A stretch of 64,000 bases of DNA from Candidatus Fermentibacteraceae bacterium. GTDB taxonomy: Bacteria; Fermentibacterota; Fermentibacteria; Fermentibacterales; JCC-6. The notes beneath the pieces were generated by a model, which was not told the DNA's origin, ran no database searches, and saw nothing but the letters and a program-made list of their open reading frames with translations. Positions 27,477 through 36,725 of this stretch are shown piece by piece. The position numbers were made by a program, and so were the translations under genes. The stretch is taken from contig JAWOHL010000089.1 of the NCBI GenBank assembly GCA_046485185.1, forward strand, positions 3,553 to 67,552. Reading direction: 5' to 3'. Numbering within the stretch: position 1 is the first letter of the stretch; each line of letters starts with the position of its first letter.

Positions 27477-29599
27477 TACTCCTGACCCTCCTGATCTCCC
27501 AGACCCCCCCGATGGAAACCATGGGATACAGCGCCGACTCCCTGGACTACATTGTGACACCTGGGGTCCTGAAGCTGTTCGGCGAGGCGTCCCTCTCTTA
27601 TCTGGACATGACGCTCAAGGCAGACACGATTCATTACGACCCTGACAGTAAAACACTTACGGCAACGGGCGAGCCCTCCATAACGGAAAGCGGCGAAACC
27701 GTGGGCGGCATTGAAATGATCTACCACCTCCCCTCAAGGACAGCCCGCACCACCGAGGCAAGAACATGGTTCGACGGGGCACTGTACACCGGGGAACGGG
27801 TGATCATGCTCAGCCGAAGGGAGTTCAACACCGTAAGCGGCCGGTTCACCACCAGCGAGCGCGACACCCTGGACTGGTGGTTCTGGGCGGCGTCGATGAA
27901 GGTCTTCCCCGACGACAAAGCCATTGCAAGACCGATCATCCTTTACGTTGAAGACACGCCCGTCTTCTGGTTCCCCTACGCCGTCTTCCCCATAAGGCGC
28001 GGGCGAAGTTCGGGTTTCATGCTTCCCACGCTCGGCCAGTCCGGGCGGGACGGCAAGTACTTGAGAAAACTCGGCTACTACTTTGGTTTCAACGATTACA
28101 TAGACCTCCAGATAAGGTCGGACATAATGGAGAAAACCCGCTTCTCGCTCTCGCTTCAGGAGCGGCACAGGCTGCGCTATGTGCACGACGGCGGTTTCAG
28201 GGTCGAGTGGAGGAGGGAGTACGAGAACAGCCGGGACAGGTGGATGGTGAACCTCGGGCATATGCACGAGCTTAGGGACGGCACGATGCTGAAGCTCCAG
28301 GGCTCATTTCTCAGTGACAGAAGCTATCTGGAGGACACACAGGGCGATCCTCAGGAGCGGATGAACAGGGAGGCCAGAAGCTACTTCTCACTTACGAGAC
28401 GCCTCTGGAGGGGTTCCCTTCAGGCCGCGGCCGACGCCACCAGGTATCTCGACACCGACCCCGACACCCTCGAAAACCAGCTCAAGGACATGGTGTCCAT
28501 GCCGGACATCCGCTACTCGCTTCCCTCATCCCCCCTCTTCCCAGGCAGGGAGGTTCTTGACAAGTTCTACTGGAACGCGTCGATGCACTACATAGCGGAG
28601 AGGGAGATCAGGGAGATCGACGACAGGTACGACGCCGGGTTGAAAGTGACTTCGGAACTCACCTTTTCACAGCGGTTCATGGGGATTATGGCCTTCTCTC
28701 CCCGGGCGCGGTTCACGGGAGCCGTTTACGACCGCAGTCTGGACGGAGACGAGTTTCCTGCATGGCTTCACGGCTCGGTCTCCACCACTGTCGGCACGGA
28801 CCTGTACGGAGTGTTCGGACAGGGTCTGGGCTACAATTCCCTCAGACACACGATCAGCCCTTCGATAACATGGTCGTGGGCGCCCGACAGCTACATCGAC
28901 GGAACCGGAGCCTCAAGGCCGGTCGACCATGCCGACAGCATTTACCCCGTTTTCAGCGACTTCAACCTTCCGATAGGCGGCAGTCTGTACTCACTGTCAC
29001 TTCTTAACCGTCTGGAGGGCAAGAGGTCCATAAGGTCCGGCGTGGAAAGGGCAACACTCGCAACACTCTCCCTCTCCTCCGCCTACAACCCTGAACCGCT
29101 CGCCGGAGCCCGGAGCTTCTCGAACATCCTGGCGGGTCTCGAGGTCACTCCCGTCCAGTCGGCCTCAGTAAGGGCCGACGGTTCCTGGGACCCTTACGAG
29201 GGCAGAATGGACAACCTCACCCTGACCACATCCCTGAGGCTTGCCGGATACGACCCATCCTTCGCCCCGGACACCCTGGAAAACACCGACATGCCGTGGC
29301 GCCTCAACCTCTCCCACACATGGTCTCCGGTGCTTTCCGGGGAGGGGGGCGACCTGAACAAGATCAGGGTCAACGCTTCGGTGGATGTCACACCCAATTG
29401 GAGCATCAGTTATCAGGGATATTATGACTTCGATGAAAACGATTTCTTAAGTCAGAGTTATACCATAAAAAGGGATTTAGAGAGTTGGGAAGCGCTTTTT
29501 ACAAGACATGTTTCCGATATCGACACGGGGTTCTATTTCCGCATAAACGTGAAAGTGTTCCCTGATATCAAAGTTGAACAGCACGCCAGCAGCTTCTAA
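27470..29599 (+). CDS. lptD: LptD/OstA-like outer-membrane LPS-assembly protein
   Basis: OstA-like N-terminal beta-jellyroll region (LKADTIHYDPDSKTLTATGEP), a long beta-rich body, and a terminal ...HASSF typical of an OMP C-terminus. The ATG at 27470 overlaps the ROK stop. Confidence 0.6.
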   Translation: MLILLTLLISQTPPMETMGYSADSLDYIVTPGVLKLFGEASLSYLDMTLKADTIHYDPDSKTLTATGEPSITESGETVGGIEMIYHLPSRTARTTEARTWFDGALYTGERVIMLSRREFNTVSGRFTTSERDTLDWWFWAASMKVFPDDKAIARPIILYVEDTPVFWFPYAVFPIRRGRSSGFMLPTLGQSGRDGKYLRKLGYYFGFNDYIDLQIRSDIMEKTRFSLSLQERHRLRYVHDGGFRVEWRREYENSRDRWMVNLGHMHELRDGTMLKLQGSFLSDRSYLEDTQGDPQERMNREARSYFSLTRRLWRGSLQAAADATRYLDTDPDTLENQLKDMVSMPDIRYSLPSSPLFPGREVLDKFYWNASMHYIAEREIREIDDRYDAGLKVTSELTFSQRFMGIMAFSPRARFTGAVYDRSLDGDEFPAWLHGSVSTTVGTDLYGVFGQGLGYNSLRHTISPSITWSWAPDSYIDGTGASRPVDHADSIYPVFSDFNLPIGGSLYSLSLLNRLEGKRSIRSGVERATLATLSLSSAYNPEPLAGARSFSNILAGLEVTPVQSASVRADGSWDPYEGRMDNLTLTTSLRLAGYDPSFAPDTLENTDMPWRLNLSHTWSPVLSGEGGDLNKIRVNASVDVTPNWSISYQGYYDFDENDFLSQSYTIKRDLESWEALFTRHVSDIDTGFYFRINVKVFPDIKVEQHASSF

Positions 29600-29613
29600 G
29601 CCCCGCACACCCC

Positions 29614-29642
29614 TTGACACGGCATTCCCTTCATCCTAAGGT
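29614..29642 (+). promoter_or_regulatory. Sigma70-type promoter for hup
   Basis: TTGACA (29614-29619), 17-nt spacer, TAAGGT (29637-29642), 45 nt upstream of the start codon. Confidence 0.55.
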
Positions 29643-29687
29643 TGCAGGTAAACCGGTCCGTAACTCTTAAACAGAAAGGGGTGCAAG

Positions 29688-29960
29688 TTGAACAAGCGCG
29701 AACTCGTGGCACATGTTGCCGATCAGGCCCAGATTACCAAGAAGCAGGCAGCTCAGGCTGTCGAGGCTGTCCTTGCCGGTATCCACAAGACTATCTGGAC
29801 AGGCGACAAGGTCAGCCTGGTGGGCTTCGGCACCTTCAGCGTGAAGGAAAGAGCTGCCAGGAAGGGCATAGTTCCCGGCACAGACAAAAGGGTTAACTTC
29901 CCCGCCAAGAAGGTGCCTCATTTCAAGCCCGGCAAAGGTTTGAAGGAGAACGTTCTCTAG
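29688..29960 (+). CDS. hup: HU family DNA-binding protein
   Basis: MNKRELV...GFGTFSVKERAARKG.NP.T..., 90 aa, flanked by a promoter and a terminator. Confidence 0.9.
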   Translation: MNKRELVAHVADQAQITKKQAAQAVEAVLAGIHKTIWTGDKVSLVGFGTFSVKERAARKGIVPGTDKRVNFPAKKVPHFKPGKGLKENVL

Positions 29961-29977
29961 GTCTGAGTCCCTTGGAT

Positions 29978-29999
29978 GGGGGGCGGTTTTCCGCCCCCC
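29978..29999 (+). terminator. Terminator hairpin after hup
   Basis: GGGGGGCGG-TTTT-CCGCCCCCC, a perfect 9-bp stem 18 nt after the stop. The trailing T-tract is weak. Confidence 0.6.
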
Positions 30000-30016
30000 A
30001 TCTTCATATTACACCC

Positions 30017-30838
30017 ATGACGCCTGAAAAGAAGAACATGAACCCCACATGGTCAGCGGTGATAACCACGTTCAACAGTGCGGCGACGATCGAACGCGCG
30101 CTGGATGCCATCCAGTCCCTCTCCGTCCGGGAGATGCCCGCTGACATCATCGTGGTGGACAACCACTCGAATGACAACACCCTTGGCCTTGTTTCGAACC
30201 GTCCCGGCGTAAAGGTGATAGCGGGCAACGATAACCTCGGGCTCGCACGGGCGAACAACCTCGGCGCGAAAGCAGCCAGGGGGGATTACCTGTTCTTCCT
30301 GAACCCTGACGCCATGGTTCTGCCGGGTGCTGTCACCTCACTGATGCGCTTCTCGCTTTTTCGTCCCGAAGCCGCGCTTCTCGGGCCCGCGATGATCGAC
30401 GAGAACAGTGTTCTACAATCCACGGCCAGAACGTGGCCATCCCTGCTCAGCATAGCCGCACGACGCACGGGCCTTGGAAAAACAGGCATCGGAAGAAGAG
30501 CCGTTGCAAGACACCTCAACCGGTTCACAACCGATGAACCGCGACCTGTTCACTGGCTGGTGGGCGCGGCCCTCTGGCTCACGCCCCGGGGCAGGAGTAC
30601 CGTCGGCCTGATGAACGAAGCATACTTCCTGTACTTTGAGGATGTGGAATGGTGCCGAAGGGCCTGGAAGAACGGGATGGAGGTGTGGCGCGTGCCCGAA
30701 GCCGTGATCACCCATGAATGCCGGAGACAGAGCGCCGGAGGGTCCCGCAGGGCCGCCAGGTTCCACTTCCGAAGCATGATCCGGTTCTTCGCGACACACC
30801 CGTCTGCACTGCTCGGGAAAGGACCCGGCCCGTCGTGA
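30017..30838 (+). CDS. Family 2 glycosyltransferase (rhamnosyltransferase-like)
   Basis: SAVITTFNS, VVDNHSND, and FFLNPDA (DxD-like) motifs. The start is placed after the hup terminator. Confidence 0.75.
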   Translation: MTPEKKNMNPTWSAVITTFNSAATIERALDAIQSLSVREMPADIIVVDNHSNDNTLGLVSNRPGVKVIAGNDNLGLARANNLGAKAARGDYLFFLNPDAMVLPGAVTSLMRFSLFRPEAALLGPAMIDENSVLQSTARTWPSLLSIAARRTGLGKTGIGRRAVARHLNRFTTDEPRPVHWLVGAALWLTPRGRSTVGLMNEAYFLYFEDVEWCRRAWKNGMEVWRVPEAVITHECRRQSAGGSRRAARFHFRSMIRFFATHPSALLGKGPGPS

Positions 30839-32247
30839 ATCCGTCAAAGGTGAAATGGGCTCTTCCGCTTTCACTGGTCGATCTGCTTCTTCTGACCGGG
30901 ATTTTCATGCTGGGCTACTGGGTCAGGCACTTCCTCCTCGCTCCGGTAATGGGCAGCGATTTCAGGCTTTCGGGGTTTCACTACCTGGCCAGCGGAACCG
31001 TTCTGGGAGTTGTTCAGATAGCCCTCATGAGCATCTTCGGGGCGTACCGCAGGGAGTTCGGACTTGGGAAGGTCGAGGAAGTTGCGGCGATTCTAAGGGC
31101 GGCTTTCATGGGCACCGTTATCACGTTCGCCATCACTTTCCTCACAAGACAGCTCTTCTTCAGCAGATTCGTCCTGTTGTTCGCGCTTCCCTTCGGTGCC
31201 GTGTGCGTAAGCTCTTGGCATACAATCTACAGGCGCCTCAGCCGCAACCTTGCCCGTCGCAGGGGACGCCCGAAAAGGGTGGTGATGTACGGCACCGACC
31301 CCCTGGCCAGAGAACTTGCGGAGTACATGACGCAAAGGGCGCAACTTCACTACTCGGTCGAGGGCTACGTCGCCCCTGTCTCTTCCCGCACTGAAGCAGT
31401 GGTCACACCAACCCTGGATTCAAAGGATTGGGCGGACTGGATGGAGAACAACGGGATCAGGGACCTGGTGGTGGCGGACCAGTCGCTCTCCCGCGATGAA
31501 CAGGCCGCTGTCCTTCTCCAGTGCGAACAGAGGGGGTTCTCGTACCGGATGGCCGCCGACCTTTACACAATGGTCAGTCTGACCTCGAGGCTGGTGAACA
31601 TGGCCGGTAACACCATGGTTGAATCCGTCCCCCCTCCCCTCGATACAACGGGCAGGATCCTGAAACGCACCTGCGACGTTCTTGGAAGCGGGCTTCTCAT
31701 GCTGCTTCTTTCCCCGTTCTTTCCCCTGTTCGCAGCGCTGATCGTTCTGGAATCGCCGGGAGGGATCTTCTATTTTCAAACCAGGCTGGGAAAGAACAAC
31801 ACCCCATTCCGCATAGTGAAGTTCCGTTCCATGAAGACGGGCGCCCATGGTGAGCGGCACAACCTGAAGGATCGTAACGAAAGCACCGGTCCGTTGTTCA
31901 AGATCAAGGTCGACCCGAGGGTGACCCATGTCGGTCGCTTCATGCGCAGATGGAGCCTCGATGAGCTCCCGCAGCTGTATAACGTTCTGGTGGGGGACAT
32001 GAGCCTTGTAGGACCCAGACCCCCGCTGCCCGAGGAAGTGAACGAGTACAGCAGACGCGACTTCAAACGCCTCAGAACGGTTCCGGGGATAACCGGGGTC
32101 TGGCAGGTTTCGGGCAGGAGCGAACTGGGTTTCGAGGAGATGGTGAAGCTGGACCTCTTCTATGTGGACAACTGGAGCATCTGGCTGGACCTTGCCATCC
32201 TTCTGCTGACCGTTCCGGCAATCTTCTCGGGTGAGGGCGCGTACTGA
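30835..32247 (+). CDS. Polyprenyl-phosphate glycosyl-1-phosphate transferase (WbaP/EpsL-type sugar transferase)
   Basis: TM-rich N-terminus and a C-terminal bacterial sugar transferase domain (FRSMK..., DELPQLYNVLVGDMSLVGPRP). The GTG at 30835 forms a GTGA overlap with the upstream stop. Confidence 0.8.
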   Translation: MNPSKVKWALPLSLVDLLLLTGIFMLGYWVRHFLLAPVMGSDFRLSGFHYLASGTVLGVVQIALMSIFGAYRREFGLGKVEEVAAILRAAFMGTVITFAITFLTRQLFFSRFVLLFALPFGAVCVSSWHTIYRRLSRNLARRRGRPKRVVMYGTDPLARELAEYMTQRAQLHYSVEGYVAPVSSRTEAVVTPTLDSKDWADWMENNGIRDLVVADQSLSRDEQAAVLLQCEQRGFSYRMAADLYTMVSLTSRLVNMAGNTMVESVPPPLDTTGRILKRTCDVLGSGLLMLLLSPFFPLFAALIVLESPGGIFYFQTRLGKNNTPFRIVKFRSMKTGAHGERHNLKDRNESTGPLFKIKVDPRVTHVGRFMRRWSLDELPQLYNVLVGDMSLVGPRPPLPEEVNEYSRRDFKRLRTVPGITGVWQVSGRSELGFEEMVKLDLFYVDNWSIWLDLAILLLTVPAIFSGEGAY

Positions 32248-32266
32248 GTCCGAACAGGTCTCGTGA

Positions 32267-33793
32267 TCAGCCCAGCTTCCCAATCCTTGAAAGGACAGCC
32301 CTGGTCGCCGCGTAAACCGGCACCATCCCGGCGTCGCCCAGTGGAACCGCAAGGGTGTCTCCATGAAGGGGGGCATCGCTGGCGTAATAAGCGACACCTG
32401 TCGGCAGCCCCCTGGGAATCCTTCCCCTCAGAACCGCCTGGGCCAGGGCCCTGATGTAGGGAATGCCCTCCATCTCAACCCCGAGAGCCTTCCAGTTGTC
32501 CCTGAAGTACGAAAGAACATCCCTGTTCTGCATGAATGTGCCGTCAACCGTCAGCATCGGCCCTCCCCCGAAGATCCTGAACGGGAAATCACCGGGGAAA
32601 TCACCGGGGGAAAGGCAGTTGTCAACGGGGTAGACATCACCGGTACCCTGCTTCACGAAATAGGTGGGGAGCATAACGTCACCCCTTTTGCCCGTGAGGG
32701 TTCCCGCCTTGCCCAGGATGAATACACTGCCGAGCCTCTCCCCAAGGGTTTCGCAAAGCTCGTTGAACAGGAAAAAACCCTCCTCGCCGAAGGCGTAGTC
32801 TATGTTGAGTATGATGCCGGAATCGCCTGATCTCGCGGTCTGGCAGAACGGCGTGTCGTCAGGGACCGGCACGGTCTCGATGCCGGCCTCACTGTCCGCT
32901 GCCAGCCGTTCCCGGGCACTGTCCGGTTCCTCCATAAGCCTTCTCACGTCGTTCAGGTCGCTTCCGTCCCTGATACGGGCGGCCACCCACGGAGAGAGAA
33001 GATTGGCCATGCTGTGCCTGTTGCTGCTCACCAGGTGAACTCGCCGTTTGTCCGAGACCGCTTCAGTCACTGCAGCAGCCCAGAGCTTCGCCCTTCTGTT
33101 GTAGCTGCCCAGGAGGCCGAACCGGTCAGTGAAAGTTACCTTCATAGCCCTGCTGTCGGTATTCACCACGGTTGAGACGAACTCGGGAAGCCCTCCGCCC
33201 ATGATGTCGTCGAGTTCCCTGATCTCGTCGTAACCGCATCTGAACTCGACTGAGAGGGCGTGGAGAGTGCTGTTTCTGGTTTCGCCCGCGCCGGGGTCAC
33301 CAAGGCGTTCCCACAGGGATGGCCCCCTGAACTCGCTGTCTTCCCTTCGAAGGCAGACCGCTGCCTTCTCCCTCATCTTGTCGGTTTCGATCTGATAGCA
33401 GGTCATGGCGCTGATGAAGTCCAGAAGGTCGCTCATCCCCCCCCTGAAGCTTGTCACCAGGCTGTCGGGACCGGTCCTGTAGGTGGGTCTTCTTCTGGCT
33501 GCGGTAGTCACCGGGGTGAAGTCTCTCGTTATCATGGGTGAGATGTTTCGGGCCACGGTGAAGTCACGGATCGCCCATATCCGGTCGGGAAGCCTCTGCA
33601 GAACGTATCGAAGCGCCTGGAGATCTATCCGGTCAGGATCGGCCGCATGGGGGTAGAGCGATGGCGCGGAGAGGATCATGAGCCGTCTGAGACCGGCTCC
33701 GGACTCACCCCCGGGTTTGTAGTAGCCACGAAGAATGATGCCCCGGGCCAGGGTCGTGAACTCCTCGACGGCGAGCCTGTTCTCCACTCCCAT
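32267..33793 (-). CDS. Two-domain protein: unrecognised N-terminal ~320 aa plus a C-terminal PNP/UDP-type nucleosidase/phosphorylase fold
   Basis: C-terminal FILGKAGTLTGKRGDVMLP ... ALGVEMEGIPYI resembles the MTAN / AMP-nucleosidase catalytic domain. The ATG at 33793 has a GAGGAG RBS. The maximal ORF reaches 33865. Confidence 0.55.
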   Translation of the reverse strand: MGVENRLAVEEFTTLARGIILRGYYKPGGESGAGLRRLMILSAPSLYPHAADPDRIDLQALRYVLQRLPDRIWAIRDFTVARNISPMITRDFTPVTTAARRRPTYRTGPDSLVTSFRGGMSDLLDFISAMTCYQIETDKMREKAAVCLRREDSEFRGPSLWERLGDPGAGETRNSTLHALSVEFRCGYDEIRELDDIMGGGLPEFVSTVVNTDSRAMKVTFTDRFGLLGSYNRRAKLWAAAVTEAVSDKRRVHLVSSNRHSMANLLSPWVAARIRDGSDLNDVRRLMEEPDSARERLAADSEAGIETVPVPDDTPFCQTARSGDSGIILNIDYAFGEEGFFLFNELCETLGERLGSVFILGKAGTLTGKRGDVMLPTYFVKQGTGDVYPVDNCLSPGDFPGDFPFRIFGGGPMLTVDGTFMQNRDVLSYFRDNWKALGVEMEGIPYIRALAQAVLRGRIPRGLPTGVAYYASDAPLHGDTLAVPLGDAGMVPVYAATRAVLSRIGKLG

Positions 33794-33995
33794 CTTGCTC
33801 CTCTTTTCCCAAGGCAATATGCTCCGGTCAACTGCGAGTGAAAACCCCGTATGCCGAAAGGGCACTCTTTCGCACCACCGCGGTTGGCAGCGGGTCGCAA
33901 GTACTTCCTTGACTTTGTGTTAGAGCAGTTGAAGGTCCGGGTATCCGTTTTGCTTATAAAGTTGCACACTCTGAACTGAAAGGAGACGAATCAAC

Positions 33996-34337
33996 ATGAG
34001 GCAAATCAAGGGCGCAGAGATGAAGGCTCTGGTGGCCGACACCCGAAAACTCACCCTGGTGGATTTCAGCGCATCGTGGTGCGGTCCGTGCCAGATGGTC
34101 CATCCCGTACTGGAAGCCCTGAGCGATGAAATGGCTGATAAAGTCAGTTTTTTCAAGATCGATGTGGACGAGAGCCCCTCCGAGGCCGGCGCCATGGGGG
34201 TCCGGGGAGTGCCCACCATGATCGTTTTCCACGGCGGCAAAGAGATCGACAGACAGGTCGGTTTCCGTGACAAGGGTGAACTCAGGAAAACGCTCGAAGG
34301 TCTCGCCAACCGTTTCCTCACCCCGGGTATGGTCTGA
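33996..34337 (+). CDS. trxA: Thioredoxin
   Basis: WCGPC active site, 113 aa, AAAGGAG RBS. Confidence 0.9.
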   Translation: MRQIKGAEMKALVADTRKLTLVDFSASWCGPCQMVHPVLEALSDEMADKVSFFKIDVDESPSEAGAMGVRGVPTMIVFHGGKEIDRQVGFRDKGELRKTLEGLANRFLTPGMV

Positions 34338-34341
34338 TCGG

Positions 34342-35298
34342 ATGGAGTTCCGTCTACCGCAAGACAACCCTGGAACCGATTCGGTCGTTGAGCTTGTCAT
34401 AGCGGGAGGGGGCCCTGCGGCCCTCTCCGCAGCCCTTTACGCCGCAAGGTACGGCTTGAGCCACATTGTGCTCGAGAGCTGGCAACCCGGCGGCCAGGCG
34501 GCGCTCACGGCCCTTATCGAGAACTATCCGGGGGTCCCCTCGGTATCCGGTTCGAAGCTTTCGGCGATCATGAGGTCTCAGGCACTGGAAGCGGGCGCCC
34601 GTTTCACGACCGAAACCGCGTCGAGCGTTGAACCCATGGGGGACGATCTTCTGGTTCGCACCGAATCGGCTTCTCACACAACAAAAACCCTCATCATTGC
34701 CACCGGCGCGGCGCCTGCTAAACTGGGCGTTCCGGGTGAGGACAGGTACTACGGCAGGGGTGTGAGCTTCTGCGCCACCTGCGATGCCCCATTCTACCGC
34801 GGACGCCGCGTTGTGGTCGTTGGCGGAGGCGACAGCGCCGTGAAAGAGGCTCTGCACCTTTCCGGGGTGGTCGCCGGCCTTGTCCTGGTGCACAGGCGCG
34901 ATACCCTCAGGGCCGAGCCCCGTCTTGTAAGGCGCCTTCTTGGCTGCCCGATCTGCGAAGTCCGCTGGAACTCAACACTGAAAGCCGTGACGGGCGACGA
35001 ACAGGGAGTTACGGGCGTCGACCTCGAAACCCCCTCGGGAGTCGAACACCTCGATACCGACGGCGTCTTCCTGTATGTGGGAACGAAGCCCGCCACGGAT
35101 CCCTTCAGGGGTCTTGTGGAACTCGATGCCCGGGGAGCCGTGCTCACCCGGAACATCGTGGAAACTACGAGACCCGGGGTCTATGCCGCGGGAGACGTGA
35201 CCTCGAACGGCTTCCGTCAGGTCGTCACAGCGGCGTCCGACGGCGCCAGGGCCGCATGGGCGGCCTACGAATACCTTGAGGACCGGAGGCAACACTGA
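34342..35298 (+). CDS. trxB: Thioredoxin-disulfide reductase
   Basis: VIAGGGPAA FAD motif, CATCD redox-active disulfide, and VVGGGDSA NADPH motif. The ATG at 34342 lies 4 nt after the trxA stop. Confidence 0.85.
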   Translation: MEFRLPQDNPGTDSVVELVIAGGGPAALSAALYAARYGLSHIVLESWQPGGQAALTALIENYPGVPSVSGSKLSAIMRSQALEAGARFTTETASSVEPMGDDLLVRTESASHTTKTLIIATGAAPAKLGVPGEDRYYGRGVSFCATCDAPFYRGRRVVVVGGGDSAVKEALHLSGVVAGLVLVHRRDTLRAEPRLVRRLLGCPICEVRWNSTLKAVTGDEQGVTGVDLETPSGVEHLDTDGVFLYVGTKPATDPFRGLVELDARGAVLTRNIVETTRPGVYAAGDVTSNGFRQVVTAASDGARAAWAAYEYLEDRRQH

Positions 35299-35939
35299 TG
35301 CCCCTTCTTTCTGAAGACGACAGAAACGCCATCAGGCAGCATTTCTCAACCATGGAGAACACTGTCGCCATAACACTGACCCACCCCCCGGATGGCCCTG
35401 GTGACAGCGGGGCGATACTCGGTGAACTCGCAGGGCTCACGGACAGGATCCAACTTCTGACCGCCCCGTCCCAGGATACCGCGCCCCCTTCGATCACGGT
35501 GGGTGAACACGGAAGGGTGCGATTCATGGGAACTCCGTCGGGGTACGAGTTCAGCACCCTCCTAACGGCCATTATCGACGCCGGACGCAAGGGCACGAAG
35601 CTCTCTCCTGCCACCATCGCGTTCATCGAAGCTCTGGGTGAGGAACTTCGCATAATGGTGTTCGTCACCCCGACGTGCCCCCACTGTCCGGGTGCCGGTG
35701 TGCTGGCCCACAGAATGGCCGCCGCCTCCCCCATGATCAGCGCCTCGGTGATCGAAGCGCAGGAGTATCCCGATCTGGCAGGCGCCCACAGGGTAATGGG
35801 CGTACCAAGAACGGTTGTCAACGAAAGGTATCACGCCGAGGGCAACATGAGCGAGACCGTTCTCGTTGCTGCCCTGTCCCGGGCGATGGCCTCCGGAAGA
35901 CCCGACAGCTTCATCAACCTTTCGGAGTTCATATCATGA
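35298..35939 (+). CDS. Glutaredoxin-like / protein disulfide oxidoreductase (two thioredoxin-fold units, one CPHC site)
   Basis: VTPTCPHCP motif in the second half and a Cys-less first half, an architecture like the Thermotoga/Pyrococcus Grx-like PDO. Shares one base (A35298) with the trxB stop codon (TGATG junction). Confidence 0.65.
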   Translation: MPLLSEDDRNAIRQHFSTMENTVAITLTHPPDGPGDSGAILGELAGLTDRIQLLTAPSQDTAPPSITVGEHGRVRFMGTPSGYEFSTLLTAIIDAGRKGTKLSPATIAFIEALGEELRIMVFVTPTCPHCPGAGVLAHRMAAASPMISASVIEAQEYPDLAGAHRVMGVPRTVVNERYHAEGNMSETVLVAALSRAMASGRPDSFINLSEFIS

Positions 35940-36721
35940 CGGCTCCCGTGCTTCTCCTGTCCCTGCTTTCCATCACGGTTTCCTTCCCTCTGGAGCCAAG
36001 CGGCGAGGTCAATCTCAGATACTTCTTCCAGCACTCCCTCGAGCACTTCATGAGGGGAGAGGTCGCCGGTTCGATGAAGACGATCGAGATTGACGGGCTG
36101 GAATGGACTTTCGGCCTGTCCACCGAGACGTTCATGGGAAGGCAGTGGAGCCATCCCGAGATGGTCTTCCACGTATGGAAAGCCCACTGGACGATCCTTT
36201 CCCAATGGGCATACAGGGTGGATCCCATAGATCTGCGGCTGTACTCGGAGCACGAGTGTTACCACAACATAGACATGGCCGACACCCTGGGCCATTACCT
36301 GAACAACGTGAAGATAGGCGCCGTTTACGATCCCCCTCTTCCCCTCGGCAGCCCCACGCTTCGGTGGCTTCCCGAAGGCGGTGTGCCCAGGGGGTGGCTC
36401 AGCGCGGTGAGTTACATCCCGCGGGGAACAGGCCTTCAGAAGGGTCACATCTACGACTGGGGAATCGAGGGCGAGGCTACGGTGCTTCTCGCAGCCCGGA
36501 AGTCGACCTGCGCGGGGGTCACCGCCCGGTCGGAAATGATAGTCAACCAGGACGGCACCACACTGGGCAGGATAGAAGGCGAGCTGTTCTGGGGGCACCA
36601 CACCGAAACCGGTGGGGTTGACCTCTTCGCCTCATACCATTTTCTCGACAACCGCCCCATCGATCCGCTTGAGGGCCAGGGCTGGCTGGGCTTCAGGGTC
36701 TACTGGGGGGCACCGTACTGA
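35936..36721 (+). CDS. Hypothetical secreted protein, possibly a beta-barrel
   Basis: ATGA overlap with the upstream gene, an N-terminal signal-like segment, alternating aromatic/polar pattern, and a C-terminal ...FRVYWGAPY. Confidence 0.45.
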   Translation: MTAPVLLLSLLSITVSFPLEPSGEVNLRYFFQHSLEHFMRGEVAGSMKTIEIDGLEWTFGLSTETFMGRQWSHPEMVFHVWKAHWTILSQWAYRVDPIDLRLYSEHECYHNIDMADTLGHYLNNVKIGAVYDPPLPLGSPTLRWLPEGGVPRGWLSAVSYIPRGTGLQKGHIYDWGIEGEATVLLAARKSTCAGVTARSEMIVNQDGTTLGRIEGELFWGHHTETGGVDLFASYHFLDNRPIDPLEGQGWLGFRVYWGAPY

Positions 36722-36725
36722 ACGG

